Source of the DNA: an uncultured delta proteobacterium | Lineage (GTDB): Bacteria; Desulfobacterota; Binatia; UTPRO1 | Direction: 5' to 3' | NCBI GenBank assembly: GCA_963846105.1 | Contig: CAWJUT010000019.1 | Span: 81,447 to 145,446, forward strand | DNA: 64,000 bases | Part shown: in pieces, positions 33,683 to 44,432 of the stretch | How the letters are laid out: each line of letters starts with the position of its first letter | How positions within the stretch are numbered: position 1 is the stretch's first letter | Position numbers and translations under genes: made by a program | The notes under the pieces: model-generated | Seen by the model: the letters and a program-made list of their open reading frames with translations, nothing else | The model's database searches: none | Told to the model about the DNA's origin: nothing

Positions 33683-34796
33683 ATGAGCGCCGCGCGGCCG
33701 GGATCGGCCAACGAGCCGGAGGCGACGGCGCGCTGGCGGCGACTCGCGTGGCAGATCTACGAACGTCTGCCGCGCGCCGCCGATCGGCTCCTTCGCGTCG
33801 CCACCCGCACGCTCCTGCCGGTCACCAATCGCACACCTGCCCCTCACCCTCCTGCGCGGACCGGTCGCGGGCGGCGGCTCGGGCTGCATGCTGTTCGCCG
33901 GTGCACCAGCCGCGGCCGCCTACCTCTCGCAACGGTTCTTCGCCGCAGCCCCCGACGCCGAGACGCTCGGCTCGGTGCCCGTCTGGCGCGTGGCCGGCGA
34001 GCTCGCCCGCCGCCGCCCAGAGGTCGACCTCGTCGTCGCCCGCCTCGACCGCGTCTCGGCCGCGCTCGCGCTCGACGAATCGTATGTCGCGGTGCCGGAG
34101 TGGGTCGGCGCGCAGGCCCCCGTGCCCGCCGACGTCGCGGGGTTCTGTCGACAGAGCAAGAGCCTCAGCCACAATCTCGGTCGCGCCCGCCGGGCCGGCA
34201 TACAACCGGAGGTGTCGCATGCCGCGGCCGATTTCGACGAGTTCTACGATCGGTTCTACCTGCCGTTCACGCGGCGTCGGCACGGCGCGGAGAACGTCGT
34301 GAGCAACCGCGCGCGCCTCCGCCGCTGTTTTCGGCAGGGCGGCATCATGTGGATCCGGCACGGCGAGGAGCGCTTCGCCGGCCTGCTCTTCCGCACCCGT
34401 GGACGCAGCTTGGACCTGGTAGTGATCGGCATGGCGGACGAGCCCTTCGACCCGCGGCGCGAGGGCGCCGCCTTCGCTCTCGTATTCCACCTCTTCGAGC
34501 ATGCGCGGCGACTCGGGTGCACGATCGTCGATTTCGGCATCTCGCGGCCGTCGTTGCGCGACGGTCTCCTGCTCAACAAGGCGCGGTGGGGTGCGCGTAT
34601 CGTGCCGAGCCGGACGACCTTCTACGAACTCTCCCTCTCCTGGGACCAGCTCGGGGCGCCGCTCGTCGACTTTCTGGCACGGACGCCGCTGATCTTCCGG
34701 CAGGCCGACGGACTCGCCGCACTCTGGGGTCCTCAAGCCGAACCGGCATCCGCGCCGCCCGCCACCTGCTCCGAAGCCTTCGGCGGATCTACCTGA
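33683..34796 (+). CDS. GNAT-fold acyltransferase (FemAB/BioF2-like), one frameshift near 33835
   Basis: About 370 aa with an acetyltransferase-fold C-terminal half (WIRHGEERFAGLLFRTRGRSLDLVVIGMAD). Family assignment is tentative. Confidence 0.45.
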
Positions 34797-34866
34797 TCGA
34801 CGACGCCGTCGTGCCGGGTCCGGACGCCGAGCTCCCTGTCGTGCGCGTCGATCCGGCCGCCGAGCC

Positions 34867-36261
34867 GTGCTGGCGGCCGAGCCCCGATGCGCCCGTCCGC
34901 TCCTTCCTCCCCTGTCCCCCGCGAGCCTGAGGGTGCGTCTCGACCGCTTCACAGTGTTCAATCACCTCTGGGCCATCGCGGGCTTCTGCGAGTGGACGCG
35001 CTGGACGTTCACGGAGACTGGGTGGAGCTGGGCGCTGCTGGTCGCGTCGCTCGCCCTGTTGGTCTTTCCGCGCTCGGTTGCCTGTCTCGCGCTGTTCGCG
35101 GCGGTGCAGATTCTCTTCACCGCGTTGGCGGCGAACCGGCCCTGGAACCACGGGCTCTTCATGGCGCTGATGAACCTCGCCGTCCTGGTGTCCATCGCGC
35201 GATGCCGGCGCGAGCGGGGGCAGGCCGTCGATCCCGAGCTCCTCGTCGACACGTTCGGGCCGGTCCTCCGGCTGAGCCTGATCGCCCTCTACGCCATGAC
35301 CTTCTTCCACAAGTTGAACGCGGACTTCGTGAATCCCGCCGTCAGCTGTGCCGGATGGCTGCTCGGCGAGCTGAGCCGCGCCTACCGGATCGTGCCCGCC
35401 GACGAGTGGGCGGTCGTCGGCAGCATCTGGGGGACGCTCTTCGTCGAGCTCGCGGTGCCCCTGCTGCTCTGCTTCCGCCGCTCCGCGCCTCTCGGTTTGG
35501 CGATCGGCGCCGCGTTCCACCTCTTCCTGTCCCAGTTCGGCGGACTGCACGGGTTCGCGGCGATGTTGTTCGCCGTCTATTTCTTGTTCCTGCCGCGGCC
35601 GTTCGCCGCCGACCTGGCCGAGCGCGCCGCGCGCTGGCTCCCCCTGGGTCCGTTCGGCCTGCTGGGGGCCGGCGTGGGGGCGCTGGTCGTCTGGGGCGTT
35701 CTCGGACGCGGCTTCGGCGTCCATCCCATCTACCGCGGCCTCGTCTTCTGGGACGTCTGGCTGCTCGCGGTGATCGTGCTCCTCGGTCGCGAGCTGGTGT
35801 CCGTCTGGCGAACGCCGGCGGACTTCACGCTCCGGCCGCGCTGGGCACCGCTCGGCGTGGTCCCGCTGGTCGTCGTCCTGAACGGCTTCTCGCCCTACGT
35901 CGGGCTCAAGACGGAGACGAGCTGGGCCATGTACAGCAACCTCCGGACGGAGGTGCATCCCAATCATTTCCTCGTGCCGGCCTCGGCCAAGGTCTTCGGG
36001 TACCAAGAGGATCTCGTCGAGATCCTCGCCACCTCGCTGCCGGCGTTGCAGGAGTACGTCGGCGGCGACGTGCGGCTGACCTTCTTCGAGCTCCGCCGGA
36101 TGTGCAGCGCCACCACGGGAGACTTCGCCGTGTCGTATCGCCGTCACGGTGAGGTGCGCACGCTCGATCCGGCGACCTGTCGCGCGCATCCGTGGCTCGT
36201 CGGCAAGCTGCTCCGCTTCCGCCCCGTCGACGTGGGCGCGCACGCACGCTGCCGGCACTAG
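34867..36261 (+). CDS. HTTM-domain (vitamin-K-dependent gamma-carboxylase-like) polytopic membrane protein
   Basis: Intact 464-aa ORF with multi-TM HTTM-like architecture (FNHLWAIAGFCEW...). Start codon is uncertain. Confidence 0.55.
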   Translation: MLAAEPRCARPLLPPLSPASLRVRLDRFTVFNHLWAIAGFCEWTRWTFTETGWSWALLVASLALLVFPRSVACLALFAAVQILFTALAANRPWNHGLFMALMNLAVLVSIARCRRERGQAVDPELLVDTFGPVLRLSLIALYAMTFFHKLNADFVNPAVSCAGWLLGELSRAYRIVPADEWAVVGSIWGTLFVELAVPLLLCFRRSAPLGLAIGAAFHLFLSQFGGLHGFAAMLFAVYFLFLPRPFAADLAERAARWLPLGPFGLLGAGVGALVVWGVLGRGFGVHPIYRGLVFWDVWLLAVIVLLGRELVSVWRTPADFTLRPRWAPLGVVPLVVVLNGFSPYVGLKTETSWAMYSNLRTEVHPNHFLVPASAKVFGYQEDLVEILATSLPALQEYVGGDVRLTFFELRRMCSATTGDFAVSYRRHGEVRTLDPATCRAHPWLVGKLLRFRPVDVGAHARCRH

Positions 36262-36272
36262 GAAGGAACGTG

Positions 36273-36928
36273 ATGAGCCTTCCGAGACCTCGACGCCGGA
36301 CGTTGCGACACATCTGGCGGCGGGGGCGTGAGATCGTGCACGACCAGGGATGGCGCATGCTGGTGTTCATGGTGGTCGCGGATCTCGGCTATCGCCGTCT
36401 CCTCCTGCTCGAGCGCTGGCTCGACGAGCCGATCGCGGCCATCACGCCGCGCGTAGCAGTCACCTTCTCGAGGCTCCAACCGGCCGATCTCGACGAGTAT
36501 CTCCGCTTCCACGACCAGATACCGCGTGCGCAGCTCGTGGAGCGCTTCGCGCGCGGCGACGAGTGTTTCCTGGCCCGGCACGAGGGTCGCATCGTCTCTA
36601 CCAGCTGGGCTCGCGCCAGTCGCACTTCTTCCGGTTCTTGCGGTGCCGGTACGAGGTCGGCACGTCGGAGGCCTACCTCTACGACGCCTTCACGGATCCC
36701 GCGTATCGGGGCAGGGGGATCGCGCCGGCCCTCGGCGTGCACGTGCTCTGGGAGTTTCGTCGGGCCGGCCTGACGCGCGCCATGATGGCCGTGGCACCCG
36801 AGAACGTCGCCAACCGACGCGCGCGCGCGAAGACCGGCTTCCGAGCGTTCGGGCGGATCGACCACCTCCGGCTCGGCCGCTGGAGCCGTCACTGGCACCG
36901 CACGGTCGAGAGGCGGAGCCGCCATTGA
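36273..36928 (+). CDS. GNAT N-acetyltransferase, one frameshift near 36590
   Basis: Carries the acetyl-CoA-binding motif (YRGRGIAPALGVHVLWEFRRAGLTRAMMAV). Confidence 0.6.
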
Positions 36929-36957
36929 GCGAATGGCCGGGCAAAGGCCATAGCAAC

Positions 36958-38147
36958 CTAGGGCTCGAGGTAGGGCGACGGCGTGAACCGGATCGGCACC
37001 TTGCTGAACCCCCGCACGTTGCCCGAGTGGACGCGCGCCAGACCATCCTCCTCGACGACGAAGTCGGGGATGCGCGCCAGCATCTCCTCGAGCGCTACCC
37101 GCACCTCGAGTCGTGCCAGCGATGCGCCGATGCAGTAGTGCGGTCCGATGCCGAAGGCGACGTGCTCGGAGGTGTCGCGGCGGACGTCGAACACCTCGGG
37201 ATTCTTCCATCGCCGCTCGTCGCGATTGGCGGACGCGAGGATCAGCGCCACCTTGCGTCCCTTGGCCATCGTCTGCCCGTGGCGCTCGACGTCGCGCGTG
37301 AGCGTGCGCGCCATCATGTGGGTCGAGGTGTCGTAGCGCGCCACCTCCTCGATCGCGTTCGGAATCAGCGCCGGATCGTCGACGAGCGCGCCTTCGCTCT
37401 TCGGGGTGACGGCTGAGCTGATAGGTGGCGTTGCCGAGCAGCTTGGTCGTGGTCTCGTTGCCGGCGATGATCAAGAGAAAACAGAAGCCGAGGATCTCGG
37501 GGTGGGAGATCTCGCCGGCGCGCTCGGCGGCGAGCAGCAGGCTCAAGAGGTCGTCGCTCTGGTCGGCGCCGCGCTCGGCGAGCAACTGCTCGAAGTAGGC
37601 GTAGATCGCCGCGGCCGCCGCCTTGCCGCTCTCGGGGACGCCCTGACTGCTGTCGTCGCGATGGACCATCGCGTCGGCCCAGGCGCGCAGCTGGTCCTGG
37701 TCCTCATCGGGGACGCGCGAGCATGCGCGAGATCACCGCCATCGGCACGCGTGCCGCGAAGTCCGCGATCAGGTCGGCGCGCCCACGCGGCGCGCAGCGG
37801 TCGAGCAGGGCGCGCGCCAGCGTCCGCACGGACTCGCCGAGCGCCGCCACCCGGCGCGGCGTGAGCGCGCGATTGATCGTGGCGCGCAGACGGGTGTGAT
37901 CCGGAGGATCCATGCCGAGCAGCATGGGCAGCGCGAAATCGCCGATGTCCTCGAGCAGAAACCCGTGGCGCGAGCAGAACGTGTCGGGGTCGAGCAGGGC
38001 GTCGCGCACGTCGGCGTAGCGTGACAGCGCCCAGAAGCCGTGCTGCTCGTTGAAGTAGGCGGGGGCCTCGTCGCGCAGCCGCTGGTAGATCGGATACGGA
38101 TGCTCGTGGATCTCGTAGGAGAACGGATCGTAGTGGACGGCGGTCAC
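36958..38147 (-). pseudogene. cytochrome P450 (two frameshifts); paralog of the P450 at 40188
   Basis: Has the heme loop FGIGPHYCIGASLA, I-helix AGNETTTKLLGN and N-terminal YDPFSYEIHEHPYPIY. Confidence 0.7.
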
Positions 38148-38822
38148 TCGCGGCCCGTCAGCTCGTCGGATGGTCGCTTGGTCGGGGAGGGTGAGCGCTC
38201 CTCCCCAGTCAGCTCGCGGACGAGCGTGTCCTTCAGGAGAGTCGAGCTCCCCCTTCGGCAGGGCGGCGTGCGCTTCCCTGCAGCATCATCGTCGACGCCA
38301 GGCCCGAGAGCGCGGACACCGTGTAGTGCTGCAGCATGAGACTCCGTCGCCGCGTCAGGCGCGCGTCGGCGAAGATGCGCGACCAGACGCGGTCCCAGGC
38401 GATCGCTGCATCTGCGACGCGCCAGTCTCCCGGTCCGGCGGTGCTCCTCGCGGCCGAGGTAGTTCAAGCAGGATCTCGAACGTCGAGCGATAGTGGCGGC
38501 TCTGGAAGTGCGCCCAGGCGCGGTCGACGAAGAGCGCGATGCGCGCTCGGCGAGCGAGGTCGTCTCGAGCGGGAGGTCGCGCGAGTCGCTCGGCGAAGCG
38601 GTCGAACGAGTCCTCGAGCACCGCGAGCAGGAGCCGATCCTTGCCGCCGAAGTGGTGCTGCACGGCGCCCCACGTGACGCCCGCCCGGCTCGCGATCTCC
38701 TGCGCGGTGGTGCGCTGGAAGCCGAGCTCGGCGATGCCGTCGACGACGGCCGCGATGATCCTGGCGCGGGTCTCGGCCGTGCGCTCGGCGTGCGAGCGTC
38801 GCCCGCGCGCCTTGACCGGCAA
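38144..38822 (-). CDS. TetR-family transcriptional regulator (frameshifted C-terminal half)
   Basis: N-terminal HTH is present (RARIIAAVVDGIAELGFQRTTAQEIASRAGVTWGAVQHHFGGK). Confidence 0.65.
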
Positions 38823-38869
38823 CGCCAGCCGCGACCGTCTCCGCCATGGGCTCGTCCTACGTGCGCTCG

Positions 38870-39221
38870 GCGCGTAGCTGGCGCGACGACCTGCGACGCG
38901 ACCGCGGCCATCGGCCAGCCGCCGTAGTGGGCGACGTGCAGGATCAGCTCGTCGATCTCCGCGTCGCTGAGATCGCCGCTCTTCATGCGCGGCCCCGAGG
39001 TGAAGGCGGAGCGGTCATCTCGTTGCCGAGGCACATCAGGACGGTGAGCGTGATGAGCCGCCGCTCGCGGACCGCCGAGGCCCGGACGCGTCCACACCTC
39101 GCCGAAGAGGTGCTCGATGGTGGCGTCGAGGAAGACGTCGCCCGGGATGTCGGGCGGCGTGAAGCTGCATGACCTCGCCGAACTTGGCGATGCCCCTGGC
39201 GACGCTTGTCGGATCCGACAT
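38870..39221 (-). pseudogene. carboxymuconolactone-decarboxylase (CMD/AhpD-like) family protein, frameshifted; boundaries approximate
   Basis: Start reads MSDPTSVARGIAKFGEV. A CMD-like helix (LSDAEIDELILHVAHYGGW) appears in another frame. Confidence 0.35.
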
Positions 39222-39239
39222 CGAAGGTCTCCTCGTGCT

Positions 39240-40112
39240 CACCGTCGGTTGCGTCGTCGAGGCCGTAGACGCGCGCCATGAGCTGCTGGCAGAGCGCGGT
39301 GCCGGGAAGCTCGACGCCGTGCTCGCGCGCGAACGCGAGCGTGACGGCGAGGTCCTTCTCGGCGAGCGTCGTGTAGCCGTGCAGCATCCGTTGGAATCCG
39401 GCGTCCTCGCGCTGCTCGGCCGGGATGCGGTGCAGCATCAGGAACGCGAGCATCTGGTCGGTCAGGTTGCCGTTCGCGCGCGTGACCTCGCTCGAGCGCC
39501 TCCTCGAGAGTCCGGCACGCGCGCGCCAGCAGGGTCGCCTCGAAGGCGGCGAGGAAGCCGAGATACGTCATCAGGTTGTTGCAGAGCTTGGTGGCGGCGC
39601 CGGTGCCGAGCGCGCCGGTGTGGACGATCTTCGCCGCGGCGGTCGCGAAGACCGGCCGGCAGCGCTCGACGTGCGCGGCGTCGCCGCCCACCATGTAGGT
39701 GAGGCGTGCCCTGCTCGGCGCCCATCGGGCCGCCGGTGACGCACGCGTCGACGACGCCGACGCCGCGTCGCCGCCGCGGCGTCGCCGATCTCGACGCACG
39801 GTGCGGGGCAGGATCGTGCTGTGGATCGCGATCACCGAGCCCGGACGTCGCGCCGGCGAGAAGGCCCTCGGGACCGAAGCACGACGGCGCGCACGTCGGC
39901 ATCGTCGCGGACGCAGACGCCGACGACGTCGGCGGCCGCGGCGACGTCGCGCGGCGAGGCGGCGCTCGCGAGCGCCCGCGGCCGACCAGCTCGTCGACGG
40001 CCGGCTCGGGACGACGTCGAAGACGGTCGGTCTCGAGCCCGCCGGCGACCAGGCGCCGCGCCATCGGCTTGCCGATGTTCCCGAGCCCGACGAATCCCGC
40101 GCGTAGCGCCAT
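39240..40112 (-). pseudogene. NAD-binding 3-hydroxyisobutyrate/6-phosphogluconate dehydrogenase-family oxidoreductase (frameshifted)
   Basis: N-terminal Rossmann motif (MALRAGFVGLGNIGKPMARRL), a mid section (KLCNNLMTYLGFLAAFEA) and a C-terminal domain are in different frames. Confidence 0.55.
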
Positions 40113-40137
40113 GGCGGCCGGACGATAGTGCGCAATT

Positions 40138-40152
40138 TGCCTTGTAGGCAAT
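40138..40152. promoter_or_regulatory. perfect 6-3-6 inverted repeat TTGCCT-TGT-AGGCAA in an AT-rich divergent intergenic patch (candidate TetR operator and promoter)
   Basis: Seen directly at 40138-40152. The flanking caatatgtaaat stretch is the most AT-rich spot nearby. It lies between the dehydrogenase start (40112, minus strand) and the P450 start (40188, plus strand). Confidence 0.45.
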
Positions 40153-40187
40153 ATGTAAATGGTGTAGAGCCCGCCTCGATCCCGACC

Positions 40188-41398
40188 ATGCGCGAGTACG
40201 ACCCCTACGCCTACGAGACGCACGAGGATCCGTATCCCGATCTACGCCGAGCTGCGCGCGCACGCGCCCGGTCTATCGCAACGCAGCGGCTCGGCTTCTG
40301 GGCGCTGTCGCGCCATGCCGACGTGCTCGCCGCGTTCCGCGACATCGCGCGCTTCTCGAACCGCGACGGCGTGTCGCTCGATCCCGGCAGCGTCGCATCC
40401 CGCGGCGCGCAGGCGACGATGTCGTTCCTCGCCATGGATCCGCCGCGTCACACGCGCATGCGCGCGCTCGTCTCGCGCGGCTTCACGCCGCGCCGCATCG
40501 CCGACCTCGAGCCGCGCGTCCGCGAGCTCGCGACGCCGCTACATCGATCGCTTCATCGGCGACGGCCGCTGCGACTTCATCCGCGACTTCGCCGGCCGGC
40601 TGCCGATGGACGTGATCAGCGAGATGCTCGGCGTGCCGGAGGCCGATCGCGACACGCTGCGTGGCATGGGCCGACACGGTCGTGCATCGCGAGGACGGGA
40701 TGACGGACATCCCGGCGGCCGGGATGCAGGCGGCGGCGCAACATCCTCGGGTACTTCAGGGATCTCGTCGCCGAGCACCGCAGCCAGCCGCGCGACGACC
40801 TGACGCGCCGCGCTGCTCGCCGCCGAGATCGACGGCGATCGCCTGGACGACATCGGAGGTCGCTCGGCTTTCTCTTCCTGATGATCATCGCCGGCAACGA
40901 GACGACGACCAAGCTGCTCGGCAACGCGCTCTACTGGCTCTGGCGCAACCCCGAGCAGCGGCGCGCGGTCGACGCCGACCCGCGGCCTCATCCCGCGCTG
41001 GGTCGAGGAGACGCTGCGCTACGACGGCTCGACGCAGGCGCTCGCGCGCACGCTCGCCGAGCGACGTCGACGCTGCACGGCGAGACGCCTGCGCGCCGGC
41101 GAGCGCGTCGTCCTGCTCGTCGGCTCCGGCCAACCGCGACGAGCGCGTGTTTCCCGAGCCCGACCGCTTCGACGTCCGCGCGACACCAGCGCCATGCTGT
41201 CGTTCGGCCAGGGCACGCATTTCTGCCTCGGCGCGGCGCTGGCGCGGCTCGAAGAGCCGCGTCGCGCTCGAGGAGGTGCAGGCGCGGCTTCCCGACTACG
41301 AGATCGACCCGCGCGGACTGGCGCGCATCCATTCCGTCAACGTGCGCGGCTTCGCCGCGCTGCCGATCGCGTTTCCGAAAGGAGAGCCGCGCGCATGA
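40188..41398 (+). pseudogene. cytochrome P450 (at least four frameshifts); paralog of the P450 at 36958
   Basis: Fragments include MREYDPYAYETHEDPYP, LAMDPPRHTRMRALVSRGFTPRRIADLE, MIIAGNETTTKLLGNALYWL and LSFGQGTHFCLGAALARLE. Confidence 0.65.
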
Positions 41399-42161
41399 GC
41401 GAGTCTCGACCGCCGTCGTCACCGGCGCGTCCTCCGGCATCGGCGCCGCCATCGCGCGTGCGCCTCGGCGCAGCGTGGCTGGTCGGTCGCGATCGGGGCG
41501 CGCCGAACCGAGCGCCTGGCCGAGGTGGCGCGCGCGGTCGACGGCGGGCGGCGGCCGCCCGTTCGCGCACCACCTCGACGTCACCAAGCCCGACTCGATC
41601 GACGCGTTCTTCACCGCCGCGGAAGCCGCGCTCGGCCCGATCGACGTCGTCGTCAGCAACGCCGGCGTCGGCATTCCCGGGACTGCTGCACGAGCTCGCC
41701 GTCGAGGAGCTCGAGACCGAGCTCGCGACCAATCTGCTCGGCCCGATGCTGGTCGCGCGGCGCGCGCTGCCCGCGATGCTCGCGCGCAAGCGCGGCGACC
41801 TGGTCTTCATCTCGTCGATGAACGCGGTCGACGCCGCGGCCCTTCCAGGTCGGCTACACCGCCGCGAAGGCCGGCGTCGAAGGGCATGGCGCGCGCGCTC
41901 GCGCAAGGATCTCGAGGGCACCGGCGTGCGCGTCGATCATCGTGCGGCCGGGGCCGACGCGCAGCGAGTTCGGCTTCGCCTGGGGCACCGAGATCCTGGT
42001 GCGCGTCCTCGACTCGTGGAAGCGCTGGGGCTTCCTCCGCCACACCGAGATGCTCGACGGCGACGCCATCGCCGCGGCGGTGGTGTGGGCGGTGACGGCA
42101 CCCGCGGGGCGTCGGCATCGACGTCATCCAGGTGAATCCCACGGGCACACCTCAGGGTTGA
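41394..42161 (+). pseudogene. short-chain dehydrogenase/reductase (frameshifted)
   Basis: ATGA overlap with the P450 stop. Fragments include TGASSGIGAAIARA, VVSNAGVGIPG and SSMNAVDAA. Confidence 0.55.
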
Positions 42162-42178
42162 TTCGGGAAGGAGCACGC

Positions 42179-42933
42179 ATGCGGTTCAGGGACAAGGTCG
42201 CGATCGTCACGGGCGCCGGGCAGGGCATCGGCGAGGCGTACGCGAAGGCGCTCGCGGCCGAGGGCGCGAGCGTCGTCGTCGCCGAGCTGAACGAGGCCCA
42301 GGGGCGACGCGTGGCCGAGGAGATCGCCGGCGGCGGCGGCGACGCGCGGTTCGTCGGCGTCGACGTCGCGTCGCCCGAGTCGACGCAGGCGATGGCCGCG
42401 ACGACGATCGACGCCTTCGGCGGCATCGACTACCTCGTGAACAACGCCGCCATCTACCACGGCATGCAGATCGCCCCGCTCATCGCCGTCGAGTGGGACT
42501 ACTACAAGCGCTTCATGGACGTGAACATGCACGGCGCGCTGCTCTGCGTGCGCGCCTGCTACGAGGCGATGGCGAAGCGCGGCGGCGGCGGCGATCGTCA
42601 ACCAGTCGTCGACGGCGGCGTGGATGGGGATCGGCTTCTACGGCATCGCCAAGCTCGCGCTGAACGGCATCACGCAGTCGCTCGCGCGCGAGCTCGGCCC
42701 GCTCGGAACATCCGCGTCAACGCGATCGCGCCCGGCCCGACCGACACCGAGGCGACGCGCACCATCGTCCCGCCGCCGATCTTGAAGCAGTTGCTCGCGC
42801 AGATGCCGCTCAACCGCATCGGCACGCCCGCACGACCTGGTCGGCACATTGCTCTTCCTCCTCTCGGACGCGTCCGGCGTGGCTGACGGGCCAGGTGCTG
42901 AACGTCGACGGCGGCCAGATCATGCGACCCTGA
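42179..42933 (+). pseudogene. short-chain dehydrogenase/reductase, FabG-like (two frameshifts near the 3' end)
   Basis: GGAAGGAG RBS. Reads MRFRDKVAIVTGAGQGIGEAYAKALAAEGASVVV, then NNAAIYHGM. The C-terminus LNVDGGQIMRP is in a shifted frame. Confidence 0.65.
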
Positions 42934-42946
42934 GAAGGAGATCTCC

Positions 42947-44430
42947 ATGTCGACACTGAATCCGACGCGCAACCTGATCGACGGCCGGCTGGTCGACGCC
43001 GAGAGCGGCGCGACCTTTGCGAACGTCAATCCCGCGACCGAGGAGGTGATCGGCGTCACCGCCGACGGCGACCCGGCCGACATGGACCGCGCCATCGCCG
43101 CGGCACGCCGCGCCTTCGACGAGACCGACTGGTCGACCGACCCCGCGTTCCGGGCGCGCTGCCTCCGCCAGCTCCACGAGGCGATGAACGACGGCCAAGG
43201 ACGAGCTGCGCGCGATCGTCATCGCCGAGACCGGCTCGCCGGTGCATCCTCGGCTACACGCGTGCAGTGCGACTCCTCGATCGACTGGTTCCCGTTCTGG
43301 GCCGACCTCGCCGAGCGCTACGCGTACGAAACCAAGCTGCCCGACATGGAGTTCATGGGGATGGCGGCCCGGCGCGCTGCAGCGGCGCGAGGCGGTCGGG
43401 CGTCGTCGGCGCGATCACGCCCTGGAACTTCCCGCTCTACCTGAATCTCTGCAAGCTCGGGCCGGCGCTCGCCGCCGGGTGCACGGTCGTGCTCAAGCCC
43501 GCGCCCGACACGCCCTGGTGCGCGACCATCCTCGGGCGGCTTGATCGCCGAAGAGACCGACATTCCGGCGGGCGTCGTCAACGTCGTCGCCGGCTCCGAC
43601 CATCAGCTCGGCGAGATGCTGGCGACCGACCCGCGCGTCGATCTCGTGACGTTCACGGGCTCGACGGCGACCGGCCGGCGGGTCATGGCAGAACGCCGCC
43701 GGTACGGTGAAGAAGGTGCTGCTCGAGCTCGGCGGCAAGTCGGCGACCATCATGCTCGACGACGCCGATCTTCCGACCGCGCTCGCCGGCATCGGCGCGG
43801 TGTGCACGCACGCGGGGCAGGGCTGCGCGCTCACCACGCGCCTCCTGCTGCCGCGCGCCCGCTACGCGGAGGGCATCGAGCTGGCGCGTCAGGCGTTCGA
43901 GAGCTTCGCGCTACGGCGATCCGAACAATCCGGCGAATCTCCAGGGGCCGCTGATCAGCGAGCGCCAGCGCGAGCGCGTCCTCGGCTACATCGCCAAGGC
44001 GAAGCAGGACGGAGCGCGCGTGGTGACGGGCGGCAAGGTGCCGGCGCATCTCCCGAAGGGCTTCTTCGTCGAGCCGACGCTCTTCGCCGACGTCGATCCC
44101 GACTCGACGCTCGCGCAAGAGGAGGTCTTCGGTCCCGTGCTCGCCGTCATTCCGTTCGAGGACGACGACGACGCGGTGCGGATCGCCAACAACTCCATCT
44201 ACGGTCTCTCGGGTGCGGTCACGAGCGCCAGCGAAGCGCGCGCGCTCGCCGTCGCGCGTCGCATCCGCACCGGCACGCTCTCGATCAACGGCGCGATGTG
44301 GTTCGCCGTCGACACGCCCTTCGGCGGCTACCGGCAGAGCGGCCTCGGGCGCGAGAACGGGCTCGCCGGGTTCGAGGAGTACCTGGAGACCAAGGTGATC
44401 GGCCTGCCGGTCGGCCGGCTGAGCGAAATC
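42947..44430 (+). pseudogene. NAD(P)-dependent aldehyde dehydrogenase (about four frameshifts; 3' end approximate)
   Basis: GAAGGAG RBS. Fragments include [33 protein letters not shown] (catalytic Glu region), FEDDDDAVRIANNSIYGLSGAV and GGYRQSGLGRENG. Confidence 0.65.
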
Positions 44431-44432
44431 CC

